NCBI RefSeq assembly: GCF_963921235.1
Contig: NC_086097.1
Coordinates: forward strand, 14,260,001 to 14,324,000
Length of the DNA stretch: 64,000 nt
Source: Mobula hypostoma
Lineage: Eukaryota
Direction of reading: 5' to 3'
This document shows, in pieces, positions 24,525 to 37,815 of this stretch (its first letter is position 1; each line of letters opens with the position of its first letter). A program made the translations under genes and the position numbers. The notes under the pieces were generated by a model that had not been told where the DNA came from, did not search any database, and saw only the letters and a list, made by a program, of their open reading frames with translations.

Positions 24525-25327
24525 TGAATACTGACAAGTGTGAGGTATTGCACGTTGGAAGGACAAACCAATGTAGAACATACAGGGTTAATGGTAAGGC
24601 ACTGAGGAGTGCAGTGGAACAGAGGGATCTGGGAATACAGATACAAAATTCCCTAAAAGTGTCGTCACAGGTAGATAGGATCGTAAAGAGAGCTTTTGGT
24701 ACATTGGCCTTTATTAATCGAAGTATTGAGTATAAGAGCTGGAATATTATGATGAGGTTGTATAAGGCATTGGTGAGGCCGAATCTGGAGTATTGTGTTC
24801 AGTTTTGGTCACCAAATTACAGGAAGGATATAAATAAGGTTGAAAGAGTGCAGAGAAGGTTTACAAGGATATTGCTGGGACTTGAGAAACTCAGTTACAG
24901 AGAAAGGTTGAATAGGTTAGGACTTTATTCCCTGGAGCGTAGAAGAATGAGGGGAGATTTGATAGAGGTATATAAAATTATGATGGGTATAGATAGAGTG
25001 AATGCAAGCAGGCTTTTTCCACTGAGGCAAGGGGAGAAAAAAACCAGAGGACATGGGTTAAGGGTGAGGGGGGAAAAGTTTAAAGGGAACATTGGGGGGG
25101 CTTCTTCACACAAAGAATGGCCTGCCAGACGAGGTGGTAAATGCGGGTTCTTTTTTAACATTTAAGAATAAATTGGACAGATACATGGATGGGAGGTGTA
25201 TGGAGGGATATAGTCAGTGTGCAGGTCAGTGGGACTAGGCAGAAAATGGTTCGGCACAGCCAAGAAGGGCCAAAGGGCCTGTTACTGTGCTGTAGTTTCT
25301 ATGGTTCTATGGTTCTATGGTTCTATG
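24525..25327 (+). mobile_element. CR1 LINE 3' fragment (second subfamily)
   Basis: ORF 24503..25165 (KCEVLH..RDLG..LVRPNLEYCVQFWSP..RRMRGDLIEVYKIM); (GGTTCTAT)n tail. Confidence 0.92.
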
Positions 25328-26504
25328 AACTTGGACTATGCAGCGAGAAGTGACAGTGGAGTCAGCACTGGAATCGGGACAAATGAGGCACAAAGCACAT
25401 ATGGACCAACTGGAAGGTCCCAAACCAGCTCAGCACTGAACTCAACCAATCTGGAGCTAATGCTGTTAAATGGTGCTGTGCTACTGTACCCCACACCTCC
25501 AGCTGAAGCCAGAGCTAGGTCATGCAGAAGTTTTCAGTTCACCCTGGCTCAAGGGCAGCCCAAGCTTGCCTTACAATCTTACTGAGGCCAACTCACAAGC
25601 TCTAATCTAAGAGTCATCGAGCAGTGCGGCACAGAAGCACACCCTTCGGGCCATCTACTCCATGCTAACCTGTTATTCTGCTAGTGGTTTCAACGTGCAC
25701 CTGGATTATAGCCCTCTATTCCCCTCCCATCCACGTACTTATCCAAACATCCCTTAAATGTTGCAATCGAACCCACATCCACCATTTCTGCTGGCAGCTC
25801 GTTCCACACTTATAATACCATATGAGTGAAGAAGCTTACCCAAAGATAATCATTAGCTTTATTTGTCAGATGTACTTTGGTACGTACAGTGAAATGCATC
25901 TTTTGTGCCAACAACCACCTCAGTCCAAGAGTGTGCTGGGGCCCCCCACAAGTGCTGCCACATTTCTGGCACCAAAATAGCATGCTCATAACTTACTAAT
26001 CCTAACTCGAAATGTATGTCTTTGGAAGGTAGGAGGAAACTGAATCACCTGGGGAAAACCACATAGTCTCGGGAAGAGCGTACAATCTTTAATTAGACAA
26101 CGGCAGGAGTTGAACACCCGATCGGCGATTACTAACACTGTAATACATCATGCTAACTGCTAACGCAACATGCAGTTTGTAATGGAAAGATTAGTATATA
26201 GAAGATGTAGAAAAACAATTTTATTTAGAGGTTTGTAATCTTTGAACTTCTCCACTCGAGATGTGGCTAATTTCTCAGTTGTTAGAAAATTCAAGATTGA
26301 TGTTTGAATTTGTTTTGGCCACTAAAGGAATTAGTGGAAGCGTCAGAAAAAAAGATGACCAGGATGTATTGCGATCAGGCATGATCCTATTAAGTGGTAA
26401 AAGGCCATACAGCTTCTTATGTTCATTCACCACTGGTGCTGCCAGCTGAACTCTCCAAAACCTCAGAATGATTTCATTGGCTCTGGCAGAATGTGGCAAA
26501 ATTA

Positions 26505-27670
26505 GACATAGGAGTAGAATTAGGCCCATCAAGTCTGCTCACTATTTCATGAAGGCTGATTGATTTCCCATTCAGCCCCAATCTCCTGCCTTCTCCCTGT
26601 GCTGTGACTAATCAAGAACTCCCCGTGCTCTGATAATCAAGAATCTATCAAGCTCTGCCGTAAACATACCTAATGACTTGATCTCCTCAGTTAGGGTTGC
26701 CAACTTCCACACTCCCAAGTAAGGGAAAAGTAGCAGTCAAATACAGGACACTTGTGTTTACCCCGAGAAAGACTACCATGACCGTGAAGCCTTCTGCGGG
26801 CACCTGTGTGCGCACGTGTGACGTGCGCATGCGCGTACGTGCCGATTTTTTTCCCCACAGATCGGTTTTGGCTTAATCTTCCTGACTACACTGTGCATAC
26901 ATTATTTCTACTTTATACAGGTTGTGTATTTATCATATCATTCCCGCTTTTGCTATATGTTAGTGTTATTTTAGGTTTTATGTGTTATTTGATATGATTT
27001 GGTAGGTTATTTTTTGGGTCTGGGAACGCTCAAAAATTTTTCCTATATAAATTAATGGTAATTGCTTCTTTGCTTTACGCCATTTCGGTACAAAAGGTTT
27101 CATAGGAACGCTTTACCTTAGCGGGGGAAATACGGAACAAGGGCAGTCCTGTATGGGACAAATCAATTTAGCCCAATATACGAGATGTCCCGGCAAATAC
27201 GGGACTATTGGCAACCCTACTCCACAGTCGCCTATGGCAATGAATTGCACAGATTCACCACTCTCTGGCTAAAGAAATTCCTCCTCGACTACATTCTAAA
27301 TGGATGACACTCTATTCTGAGGCTGTGACTTTTGGTCTTAGACTCCTCCTCCACAGAAAACATCTTCTCCCCATCAACTCCAGCTAGGTCTGTCAAAATT
27401 CAATAGACTTCAATGAGATCCCCCGCCCCCCCCCCGCATTCTTCTGAATTCCAATGAGTACAGGTCCACAGCCGTCAAAAGCTCCTCATATCATAACCCT
27501 TTCAATCCTAGAATCATTTTCGTGAGCCTCCTTTGACTCCTCACCAATGTCAACACATCTTTTCTTAGATAAGGGGCCCAAAACTGCTCACAATACTCCA
27601 AGTGAGGCCTCGCCAGGGCTTTATAAGGCCTCAACATTACAACCTTGCTTTTATATTCTAGTCCTCTCAT
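26505..27670 (-). mobile_element. Old CR1 LINE fragment (host of the MITE at 26692)
   Basis: Reverse-strand CR1 3' sequence (CACAGATTCACCACTCTCTGGCTAAAGAAATTCCTC..). Confidence 0.8.
26692..27219. mobile_element. Non-autonomous DNA transposon (hAT-Blackjack-like MITE)
   Basis: TIRs TAGGGTTGCCAA / TTGGCAACCCTA, subterminal GGGACA/TGTCCC repeats, flanking duplication CTCC(T/A)CAGT. Confidence 0.85.
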
Positions 27671-27835
27671 TACAGAACTAGCAAGGCCAGAAGAAATTAA
27701 TCAACAACTAACCATAATATAGTTGAAGATCCCTTTAGCTGGCGCTGACTGTGTGGTAGGGGTGAGGAAGGCAGAACTGAGCTATGAAATAGGAATGCTA
27801 TGGCAAATGTGCCTAATGGGAACTGCTTCAGAGAA

Positions 27836-28042
27836 GAACCTGGTACGGAGGTGCCAGCGTACAGGAACTGAACCTGGTACGGAGGTGCCAGCGTAAAGGA
27901 CCTGAACCTGGTACGGAGGTGCCAGCGTACAGGATCTGAACCTGGTACGGAGGTGCCAGCGTACAGGACCTGAACCTGGTACGGAGGTGCCAGCGTACAG
28001 GACCTGAACCTGGTACAGAGGTGCCAGTGTACAGGATCTGAA
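27836..28042 (+). repeat. 34-bp minisatellite, 6 copies, derived from LINE coding sequence
   Basis: Unit GAACCTGGTACGGAGGTGCCAGCGTACAGGACCT at 27836, 27870, 27904, 27938, 27972, 28006. Confidence 0.95.
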
Positions 28043-28252
28043 AATGCTGAAGGAGGTTGAAGTGCTGCTGTATCATGAGTACTAACTTCCCCACCTTCAA
28101 GGACATCTTCAAAAGGTGGCATCCATCCTTAAGGACCAACACCTTTCAGGGCATGCCCTCTTCTCTTACTACCATCAGGAACCCGAGGACACACACTCAA
28201 CTTTTAAGGAACAGCTTCTTCCCCTCTGATCAGACCATGAACCCATGAACAC

Positions 28253-28622
28253 TCATCATCACCATCATTATGTGCCATGTTGCATGACGTGGGCAATCAT
28301 TGTCATGACCATGACCATGACTATTCTTGGGCAAATTTTTCCACAGAAGTGGCTTGCCATTTCCTTCTTCTGGGTAGTGCCTTTACAAGGCAGACAGCCC
28401 CAGCCATTATCAAAGATTGAGAGCCTGTCATCGCTGGTCATATATCCAGGACTTGTGATATGCACCAGCTACTCATACGACCATCCACCATCTGTTGCCA
28501 TGGCTTCTCATGACCCTGATTGGGGTGCTAAGCAGGTGTTACACCTTGCCCAAGAGTGACGTGCGGGCTAGCGGAGGGAAGGAATGTCCTTTGGGAGAGA
28601 CGCTTCTCCACCCTGCCACCCT
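28253..28622 (-). mobile_element. Non-autonomous RTE/BovB-related element
   Basis: TSD TGAACAC (28246-28252 / 28623-28629); (ATG)n-type tail; homologous to 13525-13890. Confidence 0.75.
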
Positions 28623-29509
28623 TGAACACCACTTTGCTATTTTGCTCTCCTTTAGCACTATTCACATCACTTCCGTAGCTTACAGCAGCTTTTTGTATTA
28701 CACAGTAAGGATGCTGCAAAACAACTAACTTCTCAGCATACTGTATGTTAGTAACAATAAACCTGACTCTGATTCTAACCTGGTGGGAGCATAACAGCCC
28801 AAATGGCCTCTTTGTGTCCAATCCCAGGATTCTGCTGGTAAATCGTTATGGAAACCATGAATTGGAATTCCATCATATGCATTTTTTTAATTATTTAATT
28901 GGAATCACTATGATTCCCACTTTAGCTGGTGGGGATCTACCCCATCTACTGAACTCAGGATATGCTGCTGTAAACATGCTTCAAAGTTTGCCTTGCATCT
29001 TCCCATCAGACCCGGCCTATTTATCAAAGGTCAAGTGAGTCATTAATGCTTGTTAAATTAGCATAATTCTATCTATTTACCCTTGCCAGTCCTAATTTAC
29101 CACCTGCATTAAATTACCATGAAGGAATTTGTTGAGCATTGTACTTGCACTAGAATTGCTATTACCACACAGTTACCCCTTCCCCCCCCCCAAAGGGTCT
29201 TAAAGGGATTATCTTTATTTTTCACAGGTACCTCAAAACATGAAATGAAATGTGTCATTTGTCATTTGTGTCAAATCAAATTGGGGGCAGCCCGCAAGTG
29301 TCACCATACTTCTGGCGCCATCATTACACACCAACAACTGACTAACACTAACTCAAATTGTATGGAACGTACTGAATGGGAAATCCTACAGAAAGTAGTG
29401 GATGCAGCCCAGTCCATCACCGGTAAAACTCTTCCCACCATTGAGTGCAATAGCACAAAGAAATGTTACAGGAAAGCAGCATCCATCATCACCACCCAGG
29501 ACATGCTCG

Positions 29510-29720
29510 TGTAGGGTAATGTAGTGGGTGGAAACATATACATAATTTGCAACCACCAGCATTAAGTAGGGGTTCTCTTTAAGAGACTGATATGATGTGA
29601 TGATGTAATTACTTGGTTTTTACCACACTTTATGTTCTGTGTTTGGAAGACAATAAAGGAGTTGTTACAGTTTCCCTTACACATAAAATGGCTCTGCCAT
29701 TTTACTTACGTAAACCTGCA
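29510..29720 (+). mobile_element. Probable short solo LTR inside a Rex-type LINE
   Basis: TGTAGG..CCTGCA termini, internal AATAAA, imperfect 4-bp TSD CTCG/CTCT; splits host GGACATGCTC|TCTTCTCGCTG. Confidence 0.55.
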
Positions 29721-29929
29721 CTCTCTTCTCGCTGCTGCCTTCAGGAACAAGTTGCAGGAGCCTCAGAACTCACACCACCAGAATAAAGAACAATTATTAT
29801 CCTCAACCATCATCCTCTTGAACCAGTGGGGTAACTTCACTCAACTTCACTTGCCCCATCATTGAAATGTTCCCACAATCTATGGACTCACTTTCAAGGA
29901 CCCTTTTTCTCTGGATATTTATCGCTTAC

Positions 29930-29963
<34 letters not shown>

Positions 29964-31148
29964 GTCTTTCTTTTGTACTTACCTAATTTGTTATCTTTAA
30001 CACAACAGTTGAACCCCCAAGTTGATGCAGTCTTTCATTGATTCTGTTATAGTCTTCGTTCTATTAAGGACTTATTGAGTATGACTGCAAGAAATTAAAT
30101 TTCAGGGTTGTATATGGTGATAGATATATGTACTTTAATAATGAATTTACCTTGAGTGAGGGAGGAAACTGGAGCACCTGGATGAGACCCACGAGGTGAA
30201 TATACAAGCTCCTGACAAATAACTATGGGAATTGGACCCCAACCGGTGATAGCTGGTGCTATAAAGCCACTGTGCTAACCGTCATACTCACATGGTGTGA
30301 CTGAACTGTGAATTGAGGAGGTAAATCCAGTTTTTAAAAAAAGAAATAAGATGCATCCCTTGCAAAGGAAAGGTAAATAAGACATTCTACAAAGGGATCC
30401 AAATCTTTGAAGATCAGGGAAGATTGAAAAAACCAAAGGCAGGAGAAGCAAAACACCTTCCTCCTCAGTTACCAGGAAAGTTGCATTTCTTTGTTTGAAA
30501 CCTATTTCTGCACAGCAATAGGCTCTGTGAGAAATTACCCTTATCCGGTATTATTTATTTACTTATTTCCTTGTTTATTGGGATACAGCATGGAGTAGGC
30601 TCTTTCAGACCTTTGAGCAGTACCGAGGACAATTTACAATGACCAACTAACCTACCAACCGCTACGTCTTCAGACTGTTGGTGGAAGCTAGAGTACCCGG
30701 TAGAAACCCACATAGCCACAGGGAGAACGTATAAACTCCTTACAGATAGTGTCGGGAATTGAGCCCAGGTCACCCGCACTGTAAAGTGTTGTACTGACCA
30801 CTATGCTAACATGCCACATTATACTTTATTGCATTTTACAGACATTAAATGCCAGGAGTTTTAACTTCACTTGTAGCAGGTCGTTCTACAAATCTGCTTA
30901 CATAAATTCAACATAACATTCATATTAATTGAATTAATATTGTTGCTTTCAACTTTAGGCATCTCCATCTTAAAGACTTGCTGTTTTTGCGATTTTATAT
31001 TCTTTGGCGGTTTCTCATTTACTCATAACCCTTACACAGCATATTTAAAACCCACGGCAAGCTACAAAGTCACTGAACATCTCTCATGCTCAACTCAAAC
31101 CACTGGAGGAACTCAGCAGATCAGGCAGCATTTATGGAAAGAAATGAA

Positions 31149-31902
31149 TGAAACTCCTCTTTACTGGGCATTTCTACAGATGATGTTCGTTAGCCCCTCG
31201 CTGATAGACACCGGACTCAGCATTGAGAAAACCACGTACATCTATGGTAGATATGGCTTGGGTCCCGCCAAACACGTGAGGTTGGATGTCTCGCCCACCC
31301 AACCCCGATTAGTGTGAATGCTATGTGATTTACTGCCCCATACAATTGCCTGTCAGCAAGAAATAACAGATCATACACTGCATGCAATTATAAAGAAAGT
31401 ATATTTATGAATGTTAACTTAACCAAAGAGTTATTAAAGAAAAGAAAGAAAGAGTCCAAACATAAGGGCTCATTATAATTAAACAGTCTGCATAGGTTGG
31501 AGCTCAAATCTTCCAAAAGTCAATATGTCTGATGTACTCATGGCACCAGCTCATGTTCACAGATCCCCTTCTTGGGCTCCATCGGATCGTGCATTCCTGC
31601 CAGATCGAATCCCATGGCCGGTTCTCTCAAGCTTCTTCTCTCTCCATCTCCTGCTGAAAAAGACCTCGACCCACCTCAGTTGGTCACAAAACCTCTCCCC
31701 CAGCGTTCTCTCAAACCATCCTGATTGGATGACACAATATTCCTAAGCATCCCTTATCTTTAACAGTAACCCAAACACTACCAGCAGAACACACTGCTTC
31801 TAAAGAAGCAAACACTACCAACAGAACACACTGCATCTAAAGAAAGCCATTACATGAAATACTCTATAACCTTAGCAGTAAAATTTTTACCAGGGTGTTT
31901 CA
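31149..31902. mobile_element. Solo LTR (754 bp) inserted in a Penelope-derived repeat
   Basis: Inverted termini TGAAAC..GTTTCA, 4-bp TSD TGAA (31145-31148 / 31903-31906), internal ~37-bp tandem duplication at ~31772-31848. Confidence 0.7.
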
Positions 31903-32330
31903 TGAACAATAGAAGTTTTGGGTTGGTTCCTTTCATCAGAACAGGTTGTAGGGTTACCACATTCCAGACACTGTATCCAATTCTACTTTCCTGTCTCCCT
32001 AATCTGCATCTATCTGCTCTTTTCTCTCTCCCTCCTTGGCTGTTTCTACCCATCACTCACTGATCTCTGTCTCCCAACTCTATCCTCACATTCCCACTTC
32101 AAGTTCAAGTTTATTGTCATTTGACTGTAAATATATACAACAAAATGAAGTAATGTTCCTCTGGACCATGGTGCACCCACAAAACATATATCACACACGG
32201 GACATCAAACAAAACATTACCAACAAAAATTTAATAAAATATAATTCCACGTGGCTCTATTTGTCCATCATCCCCTCCCTCACCTGGTTCTGTCTATCAC
32301 TTACCTCATGCCTCCCTCTGACCCCTTTAT

Positions 32331-32728
32331 CTTCTCCGTGGATTGTCACCTCGTCGTGGTGGAGAAGCTTGTATGGTCCTGTGATCCCAAGAGCGATGCC
32401 GTCTGGAGCTATGCTCCTGGTAGGGTCACCCATGGCGGTAAGGTCAAGGGTGAGGTCCCTGACAAAGAACAATCCAACCAAGACCTCAACGGTGGAACAG
32501 GCGGACAAAGTTACTTCGAACTCAACGGCTGTGAAGGCTGCAACAAATCCATCAGCTCCAATCGTCGTGGTTTCCGTGCCATTGGAATCAGTTGGTTGAT
32601 TTGTGAAGTATCGTGTGCTTCTTCGAGTGCAACATCAAGTACACGTTAAACAAATACACACACAGGCGTCTTCACTCTGTGATCAATGGAATGAAGACAA
32701 TCATTCCCAACCTCGAGGGGTAGCCACA
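32331..32728 (+). mobile_element. Non-autonomous RTE/Expander (Rex3)-like element
   Basis: TSD ACCCCTTTAT (32321-32330 / 32729-32738); leader GTCACCTCGTCGTGGTGGAG..CCTGGTAGGGTCACCCATGGC resembles Expander 5' UTRs. Confidence 0.75.
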
Positions 32729-33793
32729 ACCCCTTTATACTGGCTGCCTCTCCCCTACACTCTCAGTCATGACGCAGGGTCTCACTCCAAGACATTGACT
32801 ATCCGTTTGCCTCCACAGGTGCTGTCTGACCCACTGAATTCCTCAAGCAGCTTTTTTTTTTGCTCCATATTCCAACATCTGGAGTCTCTCAGTTCTCCAT
32901 CATGTATAAGGCCATAAGATATAGGAGCAGAATTAGGTCATTCAGATCAGGCATTCTATCAGGACTGATTTATTATCCCTCTCAATTCCATTCTCCTGCC
33001 TTCTCACTGTAACCTTTGATGCCCCGACTGACCAAGAACCGATCAACCTCCACTTTAAATATATCCAATGACTTGGCTTCCACAGATATCCATGGCAATG
33101 AATTCCACAGTTTCAGCACCTTCTGGCTGAAGTTTATCTGAGTACACTGATGATACAAACCTGAAGCGCAATTCAATTTGTATGGAGAACAGGGGCTTGA
33201 GACGCGTAACTTTCTCCAATTTTTTTGTGCTCTTGTATTCTTGATGTGCTTCCTCTTTCACTCATTGCCCCAGCACTGGCACAGAGTGGTTATAGTCTCT
33301 ACCATCGACACAATGCTCTCGCCCTGACCAAGTCTAGCAAAACCTCCCAAATACACAACCTCTGCCACCAATGCAACCAGGTACATGTCATCCCAAACAT
33401 CTCTTCATTGCTGCTGAGTCTAAATCTTCAACAGCACTGTACAAGTATCTTCACCAGAAGGATAGCTGCAGTTCAATAAGGCATATCACCATCATCTTCC
33501 CAAGGGCAAGTAGGAATGGGAAATATGTCCCTTACCACAAAGCCCAGATTCAGAATAGTGAACAAAAATAAATAAATGAAAGTAGGAATTTCATTCAGAT
33601 TCTGCAGATGCTGGATCTACGGTGTAACACATGGAATGCAAGAGAAACTCAGAAAGTCAGGCAGCGTCTATGGAGAGGAATAAACAGTCAACGTTGCAGG
33701 CTGGATTCTGGCAACATCAACTGATTATTGCTCTCCATAAACGCTGCCTGACCTGCTGAGTTCCTCCAGCATTTTGTGTGAATTAAAGTAAAG

Positions 33794-34512
33794 AAGATGG
33801 TGCCAGCAAGCAACGCTACCAGAGGCGACACCCTCAAAATGGATTACGGCACAACTCCTTTCACTTCTTTTTACTTCAGAGGAGGTTCTGCTACCATTGG
33901 AGCCTGTTATCTACATTCTGGTGATGTGCTTTCGGGCTGCTTGGACAGTCTAGTGCCTTGCTGTCTCCGAGACGGTTCCACGAGGCTGTGAGCAAGGAGT
34001 GTGGTATGGAGGCTAGGCAGCTTGGAGATGGGACATGAGCCCATGGTTGTCTCTATCTCTCACCAGTCTCATTGAATAAAGTGCCAAGAAAGATTGAAAT
34101 CTTTGAGAGAATTGCAGAAGTTGAGAGAGCGTTCAGCGCCGTCTACCTCCTGCTCTCTTGCTGCCCGAGGAAGGTGTTTGTGTGTGATGGTCTCTGTCTC
34201 CTGCTCGTTCATTGCTCCCAAAGGAAAATCCTTGTGTATGAATGATCTCTCTCTGTTTCTCTCTCTCTCCCTCCCTCGAAGTTGTCAGACGATGATGTCA
34301 GAGCAAGGTTTAATCGATGTGGTTTGTTGATTGTGGATTCTAACTCACATTTATGATGGGTTCTGGTTTCTACCGCTGCTTTTTTGTAGCTAATTTAGGC
34401 AATTTTGAATCTGGTAATAATGAACACTGAGCTCGACTGAGGTATGCCTTTTGATTTTGTGTTTCCTATCCTGTGTTCTTGCTCTTTTTTCGTTGCTGTT
34501 CGCGCGATTTGA

Positions 34513-34555
<43 letters not shown>

Positions 34556-34690
34556 GGGGGTTTGATGTTGATTTTTTTTTAACAGGTTCCATGGTTCTTC
34601 TTTATTTCATGATTGTCTGTGGGGAAGACAAATCTCAGAGTTGGATACTGCATGCATACTTTGATAATAAATGTACTTTTAATCTTTGGT
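33794..34690 (+). mobile_element. Probable non-autonomous LINE derivative with internal (GT)n
   Basis: Starts AAGATGGTG (YY1-like) and ends with the Rex-type 3' end AATCTCAGAGTTG..TTTGATAATAAATGTACTTT; no ORF; (GT)n at ~34516-34552. Confidence 0.5.
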
Positions 34691-35004
34691 AACTCTTCAC
34701 AAAAAGCCCAGGTTTAATTGTAATACCCCTACCATACAGTAGCAAAGTTCAGACAACACTCATCAACACTCCGCCGTATGAGTGACCTTTTTATCTTAAG
34801 TGAACTCCAGATACATTGTCCTCTAACAATGTGCCAACAGTCCAGCCGTCTTGGAATTCCCTACCGTAAAAAAGCAGCAAATGTTGAATCATTAAGAATG
34901 ATGCCAGCTCGGTCATGGGCAGTAGCCTCCTCACCATCTTCAAAAGGCCAAGCCTCAAAGAGACAAGTTATTATTAAGGACCCCCACCAGCCAGGACATG
35001 CCCT

Positions 35005-35960
35005 GTGGAGCACTGGGGCTCCACAGGGGACTGTCTTGTCTCTCTTTCTCTTCACCATTTACACCTCGGACTTCAACTACTGCACAGAGTCTTGTCATCT
35101 TCAGAGTTTTCTGAAGACTCTGCCATAGTTGGATGCATCAGCAAGGGAGATGAGGCTGAGTACAGGGCTACGGTAGGAAACTTTGTCACATGGTGTGAGC
35201 AGAATTATCTGCAGCTTAATGTTGAAAAGACTAAGGAGCTGGTGGTAGACCTGAGGAGAGCTAAGGTACTGGTGACCCCTGTTTCCATCCAGGGGGTCAG
35301 TGTGGACATGGTGGAGGATTACAAATACCTGGGGTTACAAATTGACAATAAACTGGACTGGTCAAAGAACACTGAAGCTGTCTACAAGGAGGGTCAGAGC
35401 CGTCTCTATTTCCTGAGGAGATTGAGGTCCTTTAACATCTGCCGGATGATGCTGAGGATGTTCTACGAGTTGGTGGTGGCCAGTGCGATCATGTTTGTTG
35501 TTGTGTGCTGGGCAGCAGGCTGAGGGTAGCAGACACCAACAGAATCAGCAAACTCATTCGTAAGGCCAGTGATGTTGTGGGGATGGAACTGGACTCTCTG
35601 ACGGTGGTGTCTGAAAAGAGGATGCTGTCCAAGTTGCATGCCATCTTGAACAATGTCTCCCATCCACTACATAATGTACTGGTTGGGCACAGGAGCACAT
35701 TCAGCCAGAGACTCATTCCACCGAGATGCAACACAGAGCGTCATAGGAAGTCATTCCTGCCTGTGGCCATCAAACTTTACAACTCCTCCCTTGGAGGGTC
35801 AGACACCCTGAGCCAATAGGCTGGTCCTGGATTTATTTCCTGGCATAATTTACATATTACTGTTTAACTATTTATGGTTTTAATATTACTATTTAATTAT
35901 TTATGGTGCAACTGTAACGAAAACCAAATTCCCCCGGGATCAATAAAGTATTACTATGAC
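35005..35960 (+). mobile_element. Young Rex1/Babar-type LINE 3' fragment nested in an older copy
   Basis: TGAPQGTVLS..YTSD, WCEQNYLQLNVEKTKELVVD, RKSFLPVAIKLYN; same subfamily as 2901-3643. Confidence 0.92.
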
Positions 35961-37519
35961 AACCATCAGAAAGAAAGTACAAAAGCCTGAAGAAGCACCC
36001 ACAATGCTTTAGGAACAGATCCTTCCCGTCTGTTATCAGATTTCTGAACAGACAGAGAACCCATGAACACTATTTTTGCACTATGTGTTTAATTATTTAA
36101 AAATATATTTCTTACCGTAATTCATACTATATTTAATGTATTGTGATGTACTGCTGCTGCAAAACAACAAATTTCATGACATATGCCAGTGATCGTAAAT
36201 GTGATTCTGGGTCTGAGTATATTCATGGCTGGAAAAGACAGATTTTTGGACTACAAGGGAATTGAGGATTATGAGGATTGGGCAGGAGTTGAGGCCAAAG
36301 TTCAGATAAGCCAAGGTTGTGTTGAATGACTGAGCCGTCTCAAGTGCCTGTGCGGCCAACTCCTGCTCCCAGTTGATGTGTTGTTACGTTCTCATGGCAG
36401 CATGTCTTGCATTAATAGCGTATCTGCGCCTAGCTCTCCAGCTTGGTGGTGTTGTTATTCAGAAAAGCACGTCAAATGGTTTATTTACATGTAGTTGGCA
36501 GGCTGCATTTGTTTATGAGGTCATGAAGAATTCATTGAGGTTCGTCCAAAATCAGGAATCAGGGAACGGGAAACTTTTCATTTGGATGCAAGTGTATCCA
36601 AATCCAGAAAACTCCAGTTCAGGTAGCCGGAAGGAAAGTCAAAGTTAGATTACAATTTATGGGAGAAATAGTCCCAGGGACCAAGTCTGAATTCTTCCCT
36701 TTATTTTTAAATGAAATGTTAAGGATCTCTCTGGCATGGATCTGCCCCATCAGTTTTACAAAATGCAGATCCAAAAACTGAAAGCATTATTTTATTATTG
36801 TCTGAATACAGAAACACAAAACAAAATGCTTAATTCATGCTAAAGTGGTCCAGGCTCACCCTTTAACCAGGCAACCAGGAGCCAAACTCCAGAGCTTCAA
36901 CAAACATTCATCTGCGATACAGCGAGACTTCATTTGCATTGTTTGTTATGCTGTGCTGTTCACTGGCTGGGCGAGGTGCAGAGGGTGTAACACTGTTCAA
37001 ATTTGTCATTCTGTGCTACTGTAGAGCTTCCAATAGTATCAAACATTGGCAATTTAGCCTGAGCACAATGACTGTTTAGTACACGTGCCAGGTCTTTCAA
37101 CAACCTGTTCCACAAACTCGAATTATTATGTTCCAGTCAGTGGCCAATCAGATAAACCCAATCTGAAGCTAATACAATTTGATTGAAGCCATTTCAGAAA
37201 CGCATTCATTCTTAGTGGCTGCCATTCTATGCAAGAATTTCTCCCAAATATAACCCTTATGTAGTCAGTGTTATGTTTTGTAACTTCAAAAGATTTAATT
37301 AATTCAAAAAGAGGACATCGGGAGTCCAAACTGCGGGTCTAATTTTATGTTTACTTTAAGTGAGGTGCACCAGTGTCATGTGGTAGTGTGATAACATATA
37401 CAATTCGTGTATTTATATGTATAACCCTTAATGAAATATTTAAACAAACAATAACGCTTGATCAACCAATTTACTTATAAGATTGCTCAAATATTATTTC
37501 AATATTAAATACACAGCAA

Positions 37520-37815
37520 CATGGCCTCGTATCAACTTAGTTGCACATTTAGCACAATGCTAAAACATCTTGGGGTTTTGGGATTTGGAGTTCAATACTT
37601 TGCCTTCCGTATGATTGATTGTACGTTTTTCCTGTGTGCGCATAGGCTTCCTCCAGGTATTCCGGTTTCCTCCCACAGTCCAAAGATGTACTGGTTAGAA
37701 GGTTAACTGGTCATTGTAAAATCTACCGTGATTAGGGTAGGGTTAAGTCAGTGGGTTACTGGGCAGTGCAGCTCGTCGGCCAGAAGGGGCCTGTTCTGCA
37801 CTGTATCTCCAAATA
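37520..37815 (+). mobile_element. V-SINE (HE1-like)
   Basis: V-domain CCGGTTTCCTCCCACAGTCCAAAGA and GGTCATTGTAAA. Confidence 0.7.

Noticed and set aside
27836..28042. CRISPR-like regular repeats
   Set aside because: Units are contiguous with no unique spacers, there are no cas genes, and the unit is LINE-derived in a vertebrate context.
37270..37521. Solo LTR with TGTT..AACA termini
   Set aside because: No clear TSD, so support is insufficient.
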